Shown: in pieces, positions 11,660 to 23,035 of the stretch | Layout: every line of letters begins with the position of its first letter | How positions within the stretch are numbered: position 1 is the stretch's first letter | DNA from: Octopus bimaculoides | Lineage: Eukaryota | DNA length: 39,566 nt | NCBI RefSeq assembly: GCF_001194135.2 | Contig: NC_068996.1 | Location: forward strand, 47,565,376-47,604,941 | Reading direction: 5' to 3' | Made by a program: the position numbers and the translations under genes | The notes under the pieces: model-generated | Database searches by the model: none | The model's input: the letters and a program-made list of their open reading frames with translations, nothing else | What the model was told of the DNA's origin: nothing

Positions 11660-12021
11660 GTAAGAAACAGCAGTTAGCTATTGAAAAAGAAAACGACAAC
11701 AACAACAACCCTAACCCCTATAAATAGAAGAAAAGAAAGCAATTATGTAGTTTCTATGCTTTTGCATACATAATTCCAGGCTTCTTTGATTAGTATTTCT
11801 GCTGATGTGGGAGCTGCCTGACCTACGCATGGATGGAAAAACTAATGAACAATGAAACAATTTTTGTTATGTATTCTGACTCTTTGAAACATTTGAGAAG
11901 AGCAGTCTTAGAATGCAAAATAACAAAATATTGTCTTATAAGAATGATTTCTTTCATTAGTGATTATTAAGAATAATGATACCTTTTATAATAACAATGA
12001 TAATGATAATGATGATGATGA

Positions 12022-12232
12022 TCTTTTCTACTTTAGGGACAAGGCTTAAATTTTGGGAGAGGCGGGCTGCTGGTTACATCAACCCCAGTACTCCACTGGT
12101 ACTTATTCCATCGACTATGAAAGGATGAAAGGCAAAGTCAACCTCAGCAAAATTTGAACTCAGAACATAAAAATTAACAAAATGCTATCAAGCATTTTGC
12201 CTAATGTGCTAGTGTTTCTGTCATCTCACAGC
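12022..12232 (-). mobile_element. SINE family A
   Basis: AAGGCAAAGTCAACCTCAGCAAAATTTGAACTCAGAAC, the reverse complement of the family A core. Confidence 0.85.
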
Positions 12233-12233
12233 T

Positions 12234-12276
<43 letters not shown>

Positions 12277-12297
12277 CAATAATAATAATAAACCACA

Positions 12298-12715
12298 AAT
12301 TCACTTGTCATTTGTTTGACCATAACCAGTTGAGCTTGTCCCTTGGTGGCTGACAATATGTGCGTCTCTGATCATGAGCAGAAGTAGTTGGGGAACATCA
12401 TAGCCATGTGTTGAGAGGAATTCTTTGTGATTTAGATAATTCACCTTTGGAAATATGGGTGTTTTGTTCATCATCCTTAAACGACCCTTATTCAGGTACC
12501 TTTTGAGCAAGGTGGGCTACTCAATCTGAAGAAAATTCTAATAAGGTCATACACTGTTTATCTTGATATGAGATCACCATGCCACCGGTTGTGATGCATG
12601 TGCCTGGTGTACCCTTATCAGACGGATAGTCATGATGGGTATACTGGGCTTCGTATATTTTACCCCACTGTTACTTTGATGGCATGCACTGCTCTCTCAC
12701 TCAATAATAATAATA
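12298..12715 (+). mobile_element. Family F repeat, 5'-truncated, between (AAT)n runs
   Basis: Reverse complement of 9740-10170; ends GCACTGCTCTCTCACTC(AAT)n. Confidence 0.8.
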
Positions 12716-13330
12716 ATGATGATGGTAATTTCATTCCAGCAAACATTGGATGAAGTTGATGAAGAATCATGGAAATGGTTAAAAGAAAGATTTTTAAAGA
12801 AAGAAATGGAAGGACTGATTCTTGCTACTCGTGAACAAGTTTTATGTACTAACTCAATCAAGTGTGACACTGATAAGACAGCAGTATCACCTTTGTGTTA
12901 ATTATGTGGAAAATGATCTGAGACAGTTATATATAATTAGTGGATGCTCAAAACTGGCCCAGAAGAAGCACTAAAAAGCCATTACAAAGCTGCAGTGCAA
13001 ATACACAGGGAGTTGTGTAGGAAATCTGAGCTACAATGTTCGAATAAGTAGTATGAGCACTATTCTTTGCCAGTAGCAGAGAACGGTCAAGTAAAAGGGA
13101 TATACCAATTGACACAGATAAGAAGCTGCAACATAACCAACCAGGTATCAATTTCTTATGGAATGAATCCAAGCAATGAACCTTCACTGGCGTAGCCATA
13201 CCTGCAGACCAGAACAAGAACATTGGCAAGTATCAAGACGTAGCACTGGAAGTGAAACTCATTCGTGCAGCCTCGAAAGTGGGTGCGGTACCTATTGTGA
13301 TTGGTGCATTTTGGACCATTTCAAAGAAAG
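12716..13330 (+). pseudogene. Non-LTR retrotransposon remnant with restriction-like endonuclease, R4/Dong-like
   Basis: SWKWLK...KKEMEGLILATREQVLCTN; CCHC-type knuckle SPLC*LCGK*SETVxYIxSGC; IHRELC; C-terminal KYQDVALE...VPIVIGA. Many stops and frameshifts. Confidence 0.8.
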
Positions 13331-13619
13331 CAATATTTAAGCATGTACTTCATAAGAAGTACTCAGTTGGCAAAAATACTTGAAATATTGAGAAAGGGTT
13401 GTATCTTTAAGCTGTGGGAAGGAGCCAAGATGTGACATAGATAATTTCAGGAAAAGACAAAGAAAAGAAAGAATAAAGATAATACTATTCAATTGGCAGC
13501 TGATGAAGGAAATCATTTCATTATATAAAAAGTGTATTTTTTGTTGCCTCATTAATTTCTTTGCTTGTTATCACACACCTGTTTGAATTAGATAGAGCTG
13601 GTTCTTGTTAATTATTTAT

Positions 13620-13985
13620 ATGTGAAGGCATGTGGCCTAGTGGTTAAATTGTTGCACTCACAACCACAAGATCATGGTTTCAATTCCCAAAATGGGTGTT
13701 ATGTAGTGTTTTTGAACAAAACATTTCGTTTCCCAGATTGGGTTGTGTTCTTGAGCAAGACACTTTACTTCACATTGCTCCAATACACTCAGGTAGAGAA
13801 ATGAGTTGCGACATTACTGGTGCCGAGCTGTATCAGCCTTTGCCTTTCCCTTGGATAACATCAATGGCATGGAGAGGGGAGGCTGGTATGCATGGGTGAC
13901 TGATGGTCTTCCATAAACAACCTTGCCCGGACTTGTGCCTCGGCGAGGAACTTTCTATGGTCATTCATAAACAAAGGAGATCTTT
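13620..13985 (+). mobile_element. tRNA-derived SINE family C, copy 1
   Basis: GGCATGTGGCCTAGTGGTTA...GGTTTCAATTCC head; GTGTTCTTGAGCAAGACACTT core. Confidence 0.85.
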
Positions 13986-13999
13986 ACTCTTTACCCTTT

Positions 14000-14345
14000 A
14001 TGTGAAGGCACATGGCTCAGTGATTAGAGCATCAAGCTCACAATCATGAGGTAGTGAGTTTGATTCCTGGACCGGGCTGTGTGTTGTGTTCTTGAGCAAG
14101 ACACTTTATTTCATGTTGCTCTAGTTCACTCAGCTGTAGAAATGAGTTGCAGCATCACAAGTGCCAAGCTGTATCGGCCCCTTTGCCTTTTCCTTGGATA
14201 ACATCAATGGCAAAGAGAGAAGAGGCTGGTATGCATGGGCAACTGCTGGTCTTCCATAAACAACCTTGCCTGGATTTGTGCCTTGGAGGTAACTTTCTGG
14301 ATGCAATCCCAACGTCATTCATGACCGAAAGGGGTCTTTAACCTT
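14000..14345 (+). mobile_element. tRNA-derived SINE family C, copy 2, in tandem with copy 1
   Basis: Direct repeat of 13620-13985. Confidence 0.85.
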
Positions 14346-15270
14346 TTTATAGTATGAATTAAAAGTTAAACAGGAGACTGGATTCTTGGATGATGCTGTT
14401 TTTCTAAATTGTAATAGTTTATGACAATTATAGGCCATTATAACATCAGTGTATAGCAGAAGTGAAACATAAACATTAAATGTAAAATTATTAGTGATTT
14501 TTAATTTTAAACATATATTACTTTATAAGTCTAAATTTGCATTTTTGTACATTGGCATATCTGTATGAATTAAGTCTTTACTTTCTGATTTATGCTGACA
14601 TATATCAAAAGTTGTATGTCAGAGACAGACTGGATTCTGCTACAATTGTCTTCTGAATTATCAGAACTGATACTTTTCACTTCTTTATCAGTTCCATCTT
14701 TAATCAATCAATTGTGAAGTAGAAGTAGGAGAAAAAACCCCATTTTTTTCTTTCTTTCTTTCTTTTTTTTTTTTTACCTCTTTTCAGCAAAGTAATCCCA
14801 GATCTTTTGAACAATATGTTTTGATCATGTAATATCTCAATGCAATGCCAAAAGCTGTGACTGAACGTACAAACTTTTGCCACCTCACGACCAGTCAAAT
14901 GAGATAATCATTAAACAATAAATAAGCATAGCAATTCTTCCTAAACACACACACACACACACACACATTCATACACAGAGGCAAAAATGAAAAGTGTCCC
15001 TTCAGGTTAAAACTGAATAGCTGTCAATTATGACAGGGAAATAACAAAACAAAGACTGTTCCAACCTGAAGTGGTTTTAAGTGTTTCTACATTTACGTAC
15101 GTGTATATGAATATAACGTAACATGCACAAATACTGGCAGTCACATGTATAATACACATACAGACATACAATCATACATATCTCTATATAGATATGCTTG
15201 CATATTTCTCTACATCTTCAACTGCTTGTACAAAGGTGGTGTAGTTGTGTTCTTTTTTTTTTTTTTTTTT

Positions 15271-16230
15271 NNNNNNNNNNNNNNNNNNNNNNNNNNNNNN
15301 NNNNNNNNNNNNNNNNNNNNNNNNNNNNNNNNNNNNNNNNNNNNNNNNNNNNNNNNNNNNNNNNNNNNNNNNNNNNNNNNNNNNNNNNNNNNNNNNNNNN
15401 NNNNNNNNNNNNNNNNNNNNNNNNNNNNNNNNNNNNNNNNNNNNNNNNNNNNNNNNNNNNNNNNNNNNNNNNNNNNNNNNNNNNNNNNNNNNNNNNNNNN
15501 NNNNNNNNNNNNNNNNNNNNNNNNNNNNNNNNNNNNNNNNNNNNNNNNNNNNNNNNNNNNNNNNNNNNNNNNNNNNNNNNNNNNNNNNNNNNNNNNNNNN
15601 NNNNNNNNNNNNNNNNNNNNNNNNNNNNNNNNNNNNNNNNNNNNNNNNNNNNNNNNNNNNNNNNNNNNNNNNNNNNNNNNNNNNNNNNNNNNNNNNNNNN
15701 NNNNNNNNNNNNNNNNNNNNNNNNNNNNNNNNNNNNNNNNNNNNNNNNNNNNNNNNNNNNNNNNNNNNNNNNNNNNNNNNNNNNNNNNNNNNNNNNNNNN
15801 NNNNNNNNNNNNNNNNNNNNNNNNNNNNNNNNNNNNNNNNNNNNNNNNNNNNNNNNNNNNNNNNNNNNNNNNNNNNNNNNNNNNNNNNNNNNNNNNNNNN
15901 NNNNNNNNNNNNNNNNNNNNNNNNNNNNNNNNNNNNNNNNNNNNNNNNNNNNNNNNNNNNNNNNNNNNNNNNNNNNNNNNNNNNNNNNNNNNNNNNNNNN
16001 NNNNNNNNNNNNNNNNNNNNNNNNNNNNNNNNNNNNNNNNNNNNNNNNNNNNNNNNNNNNNNNNNNNNNNNNNNNNNNNNNNNNNNNNNNNNNNNNNNNN
16101 NNNNNNNNNNNNNNNNNNNNNNNNNNNNNNNNNNNNNNNNNNNNNNNNNNNNNNNNNNNNNNNNNNNNNNNNNNNNNNNNNNNNNNNNNNNNNNNNNNNN
16201 NNNNNNNNNNNNNNNNNNNNNNNNNNNNNT
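15271..16230. other. Assembly gap (960 N)
   Basis: N run flanked by poly-T on the left and a tandem array on the right. Confidence 1.
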
Positions 16231-16560
16231 GTGGCCATGCTGGGGCACCACCTTGAAGAGTTTTAGTTGAACAAATCAATCCCAGTATATCTTTTATCTT
16301 TTACTTGTTTCACTCAATGGACTGTGGCCATGCTGGGGCACCACCTTGAAGGGTTTTAGTTGAACAAATCAATCCCAGTATATCTTTTATCTTTTACTTG
16401 TTTCAGTCATTGGACTGTGGCCATGCTGGGGCACCACCTTGAAGAGTTTTAGTTGAACAAATCAATCCCAGTATATTTTTTATCTTTTACTTGTTTCAGT
16501 TATTGGACAGTGGCCATGCTGGGGCACTGCCCTGAAGGATTTAGTCAATCAAATCAAGTT
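16231..16560 (-). repeat. 93-bp tandem array derived from the SINE family B 3' tail
   Basis: GTGGCCATGCTGGGGCAC starts at 16231, 16324, 16417 and 16510 (period 93). The last unit continues into the SINE body to ~16690. Confidence 0.92.
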
Positions 16561-16723
16561 CAGGACTTATTTCTAAGTCTGGTGCCTACTTTAATGGTAT
16601 CTGGCTAAGCTACAGGGACATAAAGAAATCAATCCTTGTTTGTCAAGCGGTGGTGAGGGACAAACACAGCACAAACACAAAGGCATACACACATAAGCAC
16701 ATATACATACACACACACATACA

Positions 16724-16958
16724 TGGTGGCTGTGTGGTAAGAAGCTTGCTTCCCAACCACATGGTTCCAGGTTCAGTCCCTGGGGTAGGTGCCTTCTACT
16801 ATAGCCTCGAGCCAACCAAATTCTTGTGAGTGGATTTGGTAGATGGAAACTCAAAGAAGCTTGATGTGTGTGTGTGTGTGTCTTTGTGTCTGTTTGTGCC
16901 CTGTCACTGCTTGACAGCTGATGTTGGTGTGTTTATGTCCCTGTAACTTTGCAGTTTG
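16724..16958 (+). mobile_element. SINE family B, partial
   Basis: GGTGGCTGTGTGGTAAGAAGCTTGC...GGTTCAGTCCC head. Confidence 0.85.
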
Positions 16959-16964
16959 GTGTAG

Positions 16965-17687
16965 TCAAGCTAATTTTAACAATAATAGATCTTGTAGAAC
17001 TAGAATTAGGAAATTTTTCTGGCTTAACTTTGCATTTAACATTGCCATAAAAACTAATATAGATAGGGAATTCTTAGGATTAGTTTCTAAACATTTTCAA
17101 TCTAGCCATAAGTTCTATAGAATTTTTATAGGATAACGCTGAAGGTTAGCTATTATTCTTGTTGCAAAAACTTTGCCTCTTTTATTAATCAGAATTATCA
17201 CAAGCAGCCACAGTGCTGAATCTAATCTGAGGAACTGCAACTGCAAAGATAAGACTTGCTGTCTGTTGGAAGGGAAATGTCTTGAAAAAAGAATTGTTTA
17301 TAAAGGTAAAGTGCAATTAGATGGCTCACAAGTATATAAAAATTACACAGGGGCTTTGGAAAATTCATTCAAGACTCGATTCTATTTCCACCAAAATTCT
17401 TTCCGATACCCCTAGAATAGGACAGCAACTAGTCTTGCAAAGCATGTCTGGGAATTGAAAGAGAATGACACCCATCCTTTCAATGTAACCAGGGAAATTC
17501 TAGAAAAGGCATCATCAAACAGACATGGAGCTTATAAAAACCCATGAAATGTAATCTTTGCCTCTCAGAAAAGTTCTTCATCCTGTTCCAAGAAAAACAT
17601 GCTTTGAACCAGAGACACGAGCTCTTAAATTCCTGCAGGCACGCCGCGAGGTTTAAAATGTCAACCGATAAAATACTGTATGGGTAA
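16965..17687 (+). pseudogene. Penelope-like element (PLE) C-terminal remnant with GIY-YIG endonuclease
   Basis: RKFFWLN..F...KTNIDREFLGLVSKHF linker; CNC...CLLEGKCL..IVY...YTG..ENSFKTRF..H..SF; SLAKHVWELK; CNLCLSEK...LNQRHELLNSCRH. Stop and frameshifts present. Confidence 0.9.
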
Positions 17688-18922
17688 AATGCTTTGACCT
17701 TCGGAAAATTTTGACTGTCGCATTTGAATTTGACTTTATGCCTTATGGTTATTTTGGTTTACAATGCTAGTGCATATTTCGACTTCACTTTTAAGAAAGC
17801 CATCAACTGATTTGCAAATTTAAGCTTAAGTTTCACTGAGGTTTATTTCTATTGTTCACTCTTGCATTTAATTATATTATATTAATTTTTTGTGAAATTT
17901 ATTGCGCAATTTCCTTATTTTAACATTTTAATATTATATATACCTGATGGATTTTAAAAAAAAATGTTTGCGTATATACGTTATGATGTATATATTTATC
18001 TTGATGTGAAGATATGTCTCTATACAAGTGCGTAAGTATGTATTATAGATGTGTGTATATATGTATATGTGATTGTACATGTATATATATATGTATATAC
18101 ATACATATATATTTGTGTATGTATATATATATATATATACATGTGTGTGTGTGTATTTGTATGTATGCTTGTATCAATTTTATGTGTGTATTTTTATATG
18201 TATGCATTTCGCAAGCTGAATGAAGTACCTAACTTTTAGATACTTATTGGAAGCCAATCATTTCACTCTCTACTTCTGTCTATTTTGCACTTTCTCTTTC
18301 TAATTTTCTGTTTCTGTTATTTCTTTTTCTTCTTTCCCCTCTTACTTTCTCTCCACCCCCACTTGTTCTCTGATTCTTTTTCCTTTTCTTTCTTTCGCCT
18401 GTAACAACTAAATTGTATAAGCATACATCAGGAGATTTTGTGCGCATGCATGTGTGTGTGTGTGTGCATACATATATATGCATATGTATATATTTATGTT
18501 TTGCCTATATATGTCTGTATATGTATGTAGCCATGTACCTACGTCTGTATGTTTAGTGTATATATATATGTATATTATAGATTGTTTGGTATGTGTATAT
18601 ATTGCTAAATGTACATGTATTTTAGTGTGAAAATTTTTTAAAAGGATATATCGTTTAATTTATTAATTTATTATTATTTTTACAGCTAATTATTTACCCT
18701 GGGTATTCAGACCTTTTCTTTCTTCATAAGCTATTTTTCATTTAAGATTTTCTTCGATTTTTATAATATGATTTTAAACCGCAATTTGTTATTTCATGCA
18801 ACTAGTTATTGAAAAGATTGTTTGTTGAAAGGACCAATGAAATAAAACTATTTTCATATATGTATCTATCAAAGTAATTGTATTTCTGCATATAACCTTA
18901 TCTCGCTCCATTCTAAACAAAA

Positions 18923-18960
18923 CTGTCCGACGAACGGGAATGTGAAACTCTGAGTAACAG
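18923..18960 (+). ncRNA. Type I hammerhead ribozyme motif with one core substitution (CCGACGA)
   Basis: Stem I CTGT/ACAG; core CCGACGA; stem II ACG-GGAA-TGT; GAAA; stem III CTC-T-GAG; GUA triplet. Same strand as, and 1.2 kb downstream of, the PLE remnant. Confidence 0.7.
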
Positions 18961-19029
18961 ATTTTATGATATTTTTGCTGCTTTTTAATAATATATATAT
19001 ATATATAAATATATATATATAAACTCACA

Positions 19030-19165
19030 CACACAAAGTGGTTTTCTTCCAATTTCCACCTACCAAATCCACCCATAAGGTTTTAGTTAGCCTGGAGCTA
19101 TAGTAGAGCATACTTGCCCAAGATGACATGGTTGGCAGGAAGCAAGCTACTTAATCACACAGCCA
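19030..19165 (-). mobile_element. SINE family B fragment
   Basis: TTTCCACCTACCAAATCCACCCATAAGG...CACACAGCC. Confidence 0.75.
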
Positions 19166-19897
19166 ATGACAACGATTTTTCTTCAGTTATTCATCTGTTG
19201 GAAATCAAAATTCCAAGATGTTGACGCCTCTCTATAACAACAGTCTACTGTTCGTAACCATTAAAAGAAATAAAACTGAATAATTTTTTTTGTTCTTTAT
19301 GTTATTTTTGGTGGGTTTTTGTTTTATTTTTTCACAGTTGCTAGTCAGTGATATGACAAACATTCCATAAAAACATTTTTAGCGTTCTGTTGAGAAATTG
19401 TGAACTCATTGTTTAATGTTGATTACATATCTCAGCTGGAGATACATGTAGATCAAACACTCAATAAATTATATCTCTCCAGAATTCTGTCTACCAGCCT
19501 GCTGTTATACACTCAATGTTTACAACAGCGATAATGTCAAAGGTTACTTTGCATTATGGTACCAGCCAAACATTGAATATTCAAAATTCTATTAATACCA
19601 CAAGAATATTCTGGTAATGATTAATAAATGTCTTTGTAACATAGTAGCAGATTACAGCTGGTAGACTCATTCATATTAATGACTTGTTAACATTTCTACT
19701 GCACAGAGTTTTATATTTCTGTTATTGGCAGAGAATTCTTCTTCTTTTTCCCCACTAGAGTATTGGAACGTCCTTCCTGTCAATAATGTCTAACATCTAA
19801 CTTAATTTGATAAATTCAAATATCAATACAAACTGTCAATCTGATATTTTACACTTCTGTTTTCACAACCAGTTGCATCAGTTCAGCCTTCTGTCTG

Positions 19898-19940
<43 letters not shown>

Positions 19941-19942
<2 letters not shown>

Positions 19943-20415
19943 TCATCATCATCATCATTTAACGTCACTTGTCTATGCTGGCAAGGGTTGGATGGTTTGA
20001 CCAGGGCTGCCACGCTGCAAGGCTGCACCAGACTCCAGTCTGATTTCTACGACTGGATGTCCTTCGTAATGCCAACCACTCCGAGAGTGTAATGGGTGCT
20101 TTTACGTGCCATTTGTATGACACCGCGGTGCGTTTATGTGCCACAAGCATGGGTGCCAATTTGTGTGACACCAGTATCTGTCATGATTGTGACTTTTCTT
20201 AGCCTGATGGGTTTTCTTCTCAAGCATGACATAATGCCAAATGTCTTGGCCATTGCCGCCGTGAGGCCCAACACATGAAAGGAACTCAGCTGGTTTGCCT
20301 CTGTGAGGTCCAACTCTCAAAAGGAACTCAGTCGCCTCACCTCCGTGAGGCCCAACACGCGAAAAGAACTCAGCCACTTTGCCTCAGTGAGGCCCAACAC
20401 TCAAGGGGAACTCAG
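19941..20415 (-). mobile_element. RTE-tailed SINE (family E) with internal 42-bp tandem repeats
   Basis: (CAT)n-TTTAACGTC tail; GGATGTCCTTCGTAATGCCAACCACTCCGAGAG body shared by eight copies. Confidence 0.85.
20261..20415. repeat. 42-bp tandem repeat x3.7
   Basis: GTGAGGCCCAAC...GGAACTCAG units start at 20261, 20303, 20345 and 20387. Confidence 0.9.
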
Positions 20416-20493
20416 ATATTTATATATGCCTGTCTATTAACCTAACTACCGATCTATCTATGTATAGTCTCTATAGTCTCCCCCCTCTCTCTC

Positions 20494-20543
<50 letters not shown>

Positions 20544-20628
20544 AAATAGGTGATCTAAACAACTAGGTATGCTAGATAAGTGCAGCAACAGATTACTATA
20601 TATATATATATATATATATATACATACA

Positions 20629-20679
<51 letters not shown>

Positions 20680-20682
<3 letters not shown>

Positions 20683-20927
20683 AGTACTGCACCATCTGAA
20701 CATGGCCAATGCCAGTGCCACTTTGACAGGCTTCCGTGCCAGCGGCATATAAAAAGCGCCCACTACACTCTCAGAGCGGTTGGTGCAAGGAAGAGCATCC
20801 AGCTATAGAAACCTTGCCAGATCAGCCTGGAGCCTGGTGCAGCCTGCTGGCTTCCCAGACCCCAGTCGAACCGTCCAACCCATGCCAGCATGGAAAACGG
20901 AAGTTAAACGATGTTGATGATGATGAT
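20680..20927 (+). mobile_element. SINE family E
   Basis: AGCGCCCACTACACTCTCAGAG...CATGCCAGCATGGAAAACGGAAGTTAAACGATG tail. Confidence 0.85.
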
Positions 20928-20996
20928 ACCTATCAACCAACTTACCAATCTTTTAGTTTTCCTAAAAATGTATGTATATGTATGTATGTATGTATG

Positions 20997-21042
<46 letters not shown>

Positions 21043-21481
21043 CGTGTTTGTCTGTTTGTTGACGTGTCTGCCTATCTGTATACTCATCTACAAATCTATC
21101 TAGTTGCATATGTCTCTACATTTCTATACACCATACGTCTATCTTCCTATCTATCAGTCCTTTAACTTTTATTTAACTAATTTTCATTAATTTATCCCTT
21201 CACTGTGATTTCGACAGTCAGTAACATCAGCCATTATTCTTCAATCAATAATCAGCACTAATCCATTTCACTCTTTTAGTAACACTATTCAGACTTTCTG
21301 ACTTTAATATAAAGAAGCTGTTTAGAAATATCATTTTTTAACTAACTTGTCAATATTTTATATCAGTCTAGTTTTGTATCAATGCCTCTCTTTTATTATG
21401 CAATTCATGCAGCTACTTTTTTTTTGTTTTTAGTCTCTACAGCCAATTGCATCCACCACCATTCCAATATATTACACTTAA

Positions 21482-21920
21482 CCATTTAGCATTCAGATTA
21501 TTTTGTCAAATGTAATGCTTATTTCTTCACATTGTTTTGAATAAATCATGCATTATTCTTATAGCTTTGAGATTTTGATGATGTGATTAGTTAGCTGTAG
21601 AAACATATTGCCTTGTAGGCCACACCCAGCCAGATCTGGCCAGTGTGAACATAAAACAGAACTTTTGGGACATGGCCAGTTTAAATGCTAAAGGGCCAAC
21701 CCTATTAATATTCAGATTACTTTTTCAAATGTAATGAATATATATTCAAATTGTTTTCAATTAATCATGTATTATCTCTTAACTTTTAGATCTTGATGAT
21801 GTGATTGATAATTTTGAGAATAACATTGTAGGGGAGGTGTGAGAGGTTGGATCTAGACAGCTTGAACTGGAAACAGGTAGAATATTTAGACTGGATATAA
21901 ACGATTTAAATGCCAAGGGG
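21482..21920. mobile_element. Two tandem piggyBac-type MITEs (~215 bp each)
   Basis: TTAA(21478-81) CCATTTAGCA...TGCTAAAGGG, then CCAA (degenerate TTAA), then CCCTATTAATA...TGCCAAGGGG TTAA(21921-24). Confidence 0.8.
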
Positions 21921-22027
21921 TTAATCCCTCACTCAGTTTAAAACAACCACTTTGTCTTTGGGTGTCTTTAGCAAAATCCACTCAGTTGTATGAATTTTGG
22001 CCAGGGTTCAGGTATGAATTATATTAC

Positions 22028-22117
22028 CTGTGCTTATAAATCTTTTAGCTCTTTTGATCTCAGTGCCCCTTACTAATCTGGATGACCCAAGCTGAATTAG
22101 CCAAATGATAGGAGGAA
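22028..22117 (-). other. Candidate 90-bp phase 1-1 coding exon of unknown gene
   Basis: Acceptor ttcttgtggttgtacAG, donor CAG|GTAATA, open frame xPPIIWLIQLGSSRLVRGTEIKRAKRFIST. No homology recognised. Confidence 0.2.
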
Positions 22118-22314
22118 CTGTACAACCACAAGAACTTTGTGATGTTTTTATTTTGTCCACTGTACTACTTAACGGAGGAATAAAGTCTCACTGTTATTTT
22201 TAAAGTTCGTTTCTTGTGTTATTTCCACGAGTGAACATGCAACATATACAATGGTATACAAGATACTGTAGTAAAACAAAGAGAGACTTTAGACCACCTG
22301 TTAAAGATCTATAT

Positions 22315-22760
22315 CAAGGGTGGGGAAACCCCTGCCCATGGGCACAATTGTGCCTGTGAGCCCATCTTATTGCATCTACAGGATGGTGTACTGATTTATA
22401 CAAAATATAGTAAATTTTTCAATTATAAAATTTATACAATAGTTGTATGCTTATTTTCGACATAGGTCATGTTTCTACTAAGACTTGAAATGGTTAGACT
22501 CAAACAGAAAATCATTTGGTAATTGCCATTTGAATGGAAATTTTGTTTTCACTATAAAACACATATTGCTAGGTTTGTACCATCTTGAGACCCAACATGA
22601 AGATGTTATGCGTTAAACTTATCTTTATTATTGTGTCTCAAATTATACATAGATATATACAAGATTTACACAGATATAAGAGGTAGAACTTGTGATCTGC
22701 CTGCGGACCGTTTTCATTGGAAATTTTTGCCCACCACACTAAAAAGTTTCTCCACCCCTA
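22315..22760. mobile_element. hAT (Charlie-like) MITE, 446 bp
   Basis: Perfect 8-bp TSD ATCTATAT (22307-22314, 22761-22768). 15-bp TIRs CAAGGGTGGGGAAAC / GTTTCTCCACCCCTA (12/15). Confidence 0.92.
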
Positions 22761-22854
22761 ATCTATATAAAAGAGCAATCAACTAACATCTAATCAATAT
22801 CCTTCTCAAATAGAAGACAATAACATCAGTATAATCCATTTTACCCACTAGACT

Positions 22855-23035
22855 CATGCTGAAAGATTTTTATAGATGTGTCCACTCTGCAGAGTGGTTG
22901 GTGTTAGGAAGGGCATCTAGCTGTAAAAACTCTGCCAAAACAGACACAGTAGCTTGGGGTAATATTCTACCTGTTCAGCTCCTGTCAACTGTCCTACCCA
23001 TGCATGCATAGAAGGTGGATGTTAAATGATGATGT
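22855..23035 (+). mobile_element. SINE family E, 3' part
   Basis: GGTGTTAGGAAGGGCATCTAGCTGTAAAAAC...GGATGTTAAATGATGATG. Confidence 0.8.

Noticed and set aside
13500-13530. CTGATGA as a further hammerhead (also 37945-37951 on plus; 8258, 23758 and 28790 on minus)
   Set aside because: No correctly placed GAAA, stem III or stem I partner.
14770-14870. Candidate exons on either strand next to the poly-T tract
   Set aside because: Splice-like signals arise trivially from the T run; peptides are unrecognisable.
15145-16279. Six long ORFs of 340-370 aa
   Set aside because: Artefacts of translating the 960-N gap.
18195-18230. GAAA-TGCA-TA half-hammerhead on the minus strand
   Set aside because: No CUGANGA upstream of it.
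20261-20415. CRISPR-like look of the 42-bp array
   Set aside because: Eukaryotic DNA, no cas genes; variable segments are only ~13 nt and related to each other.
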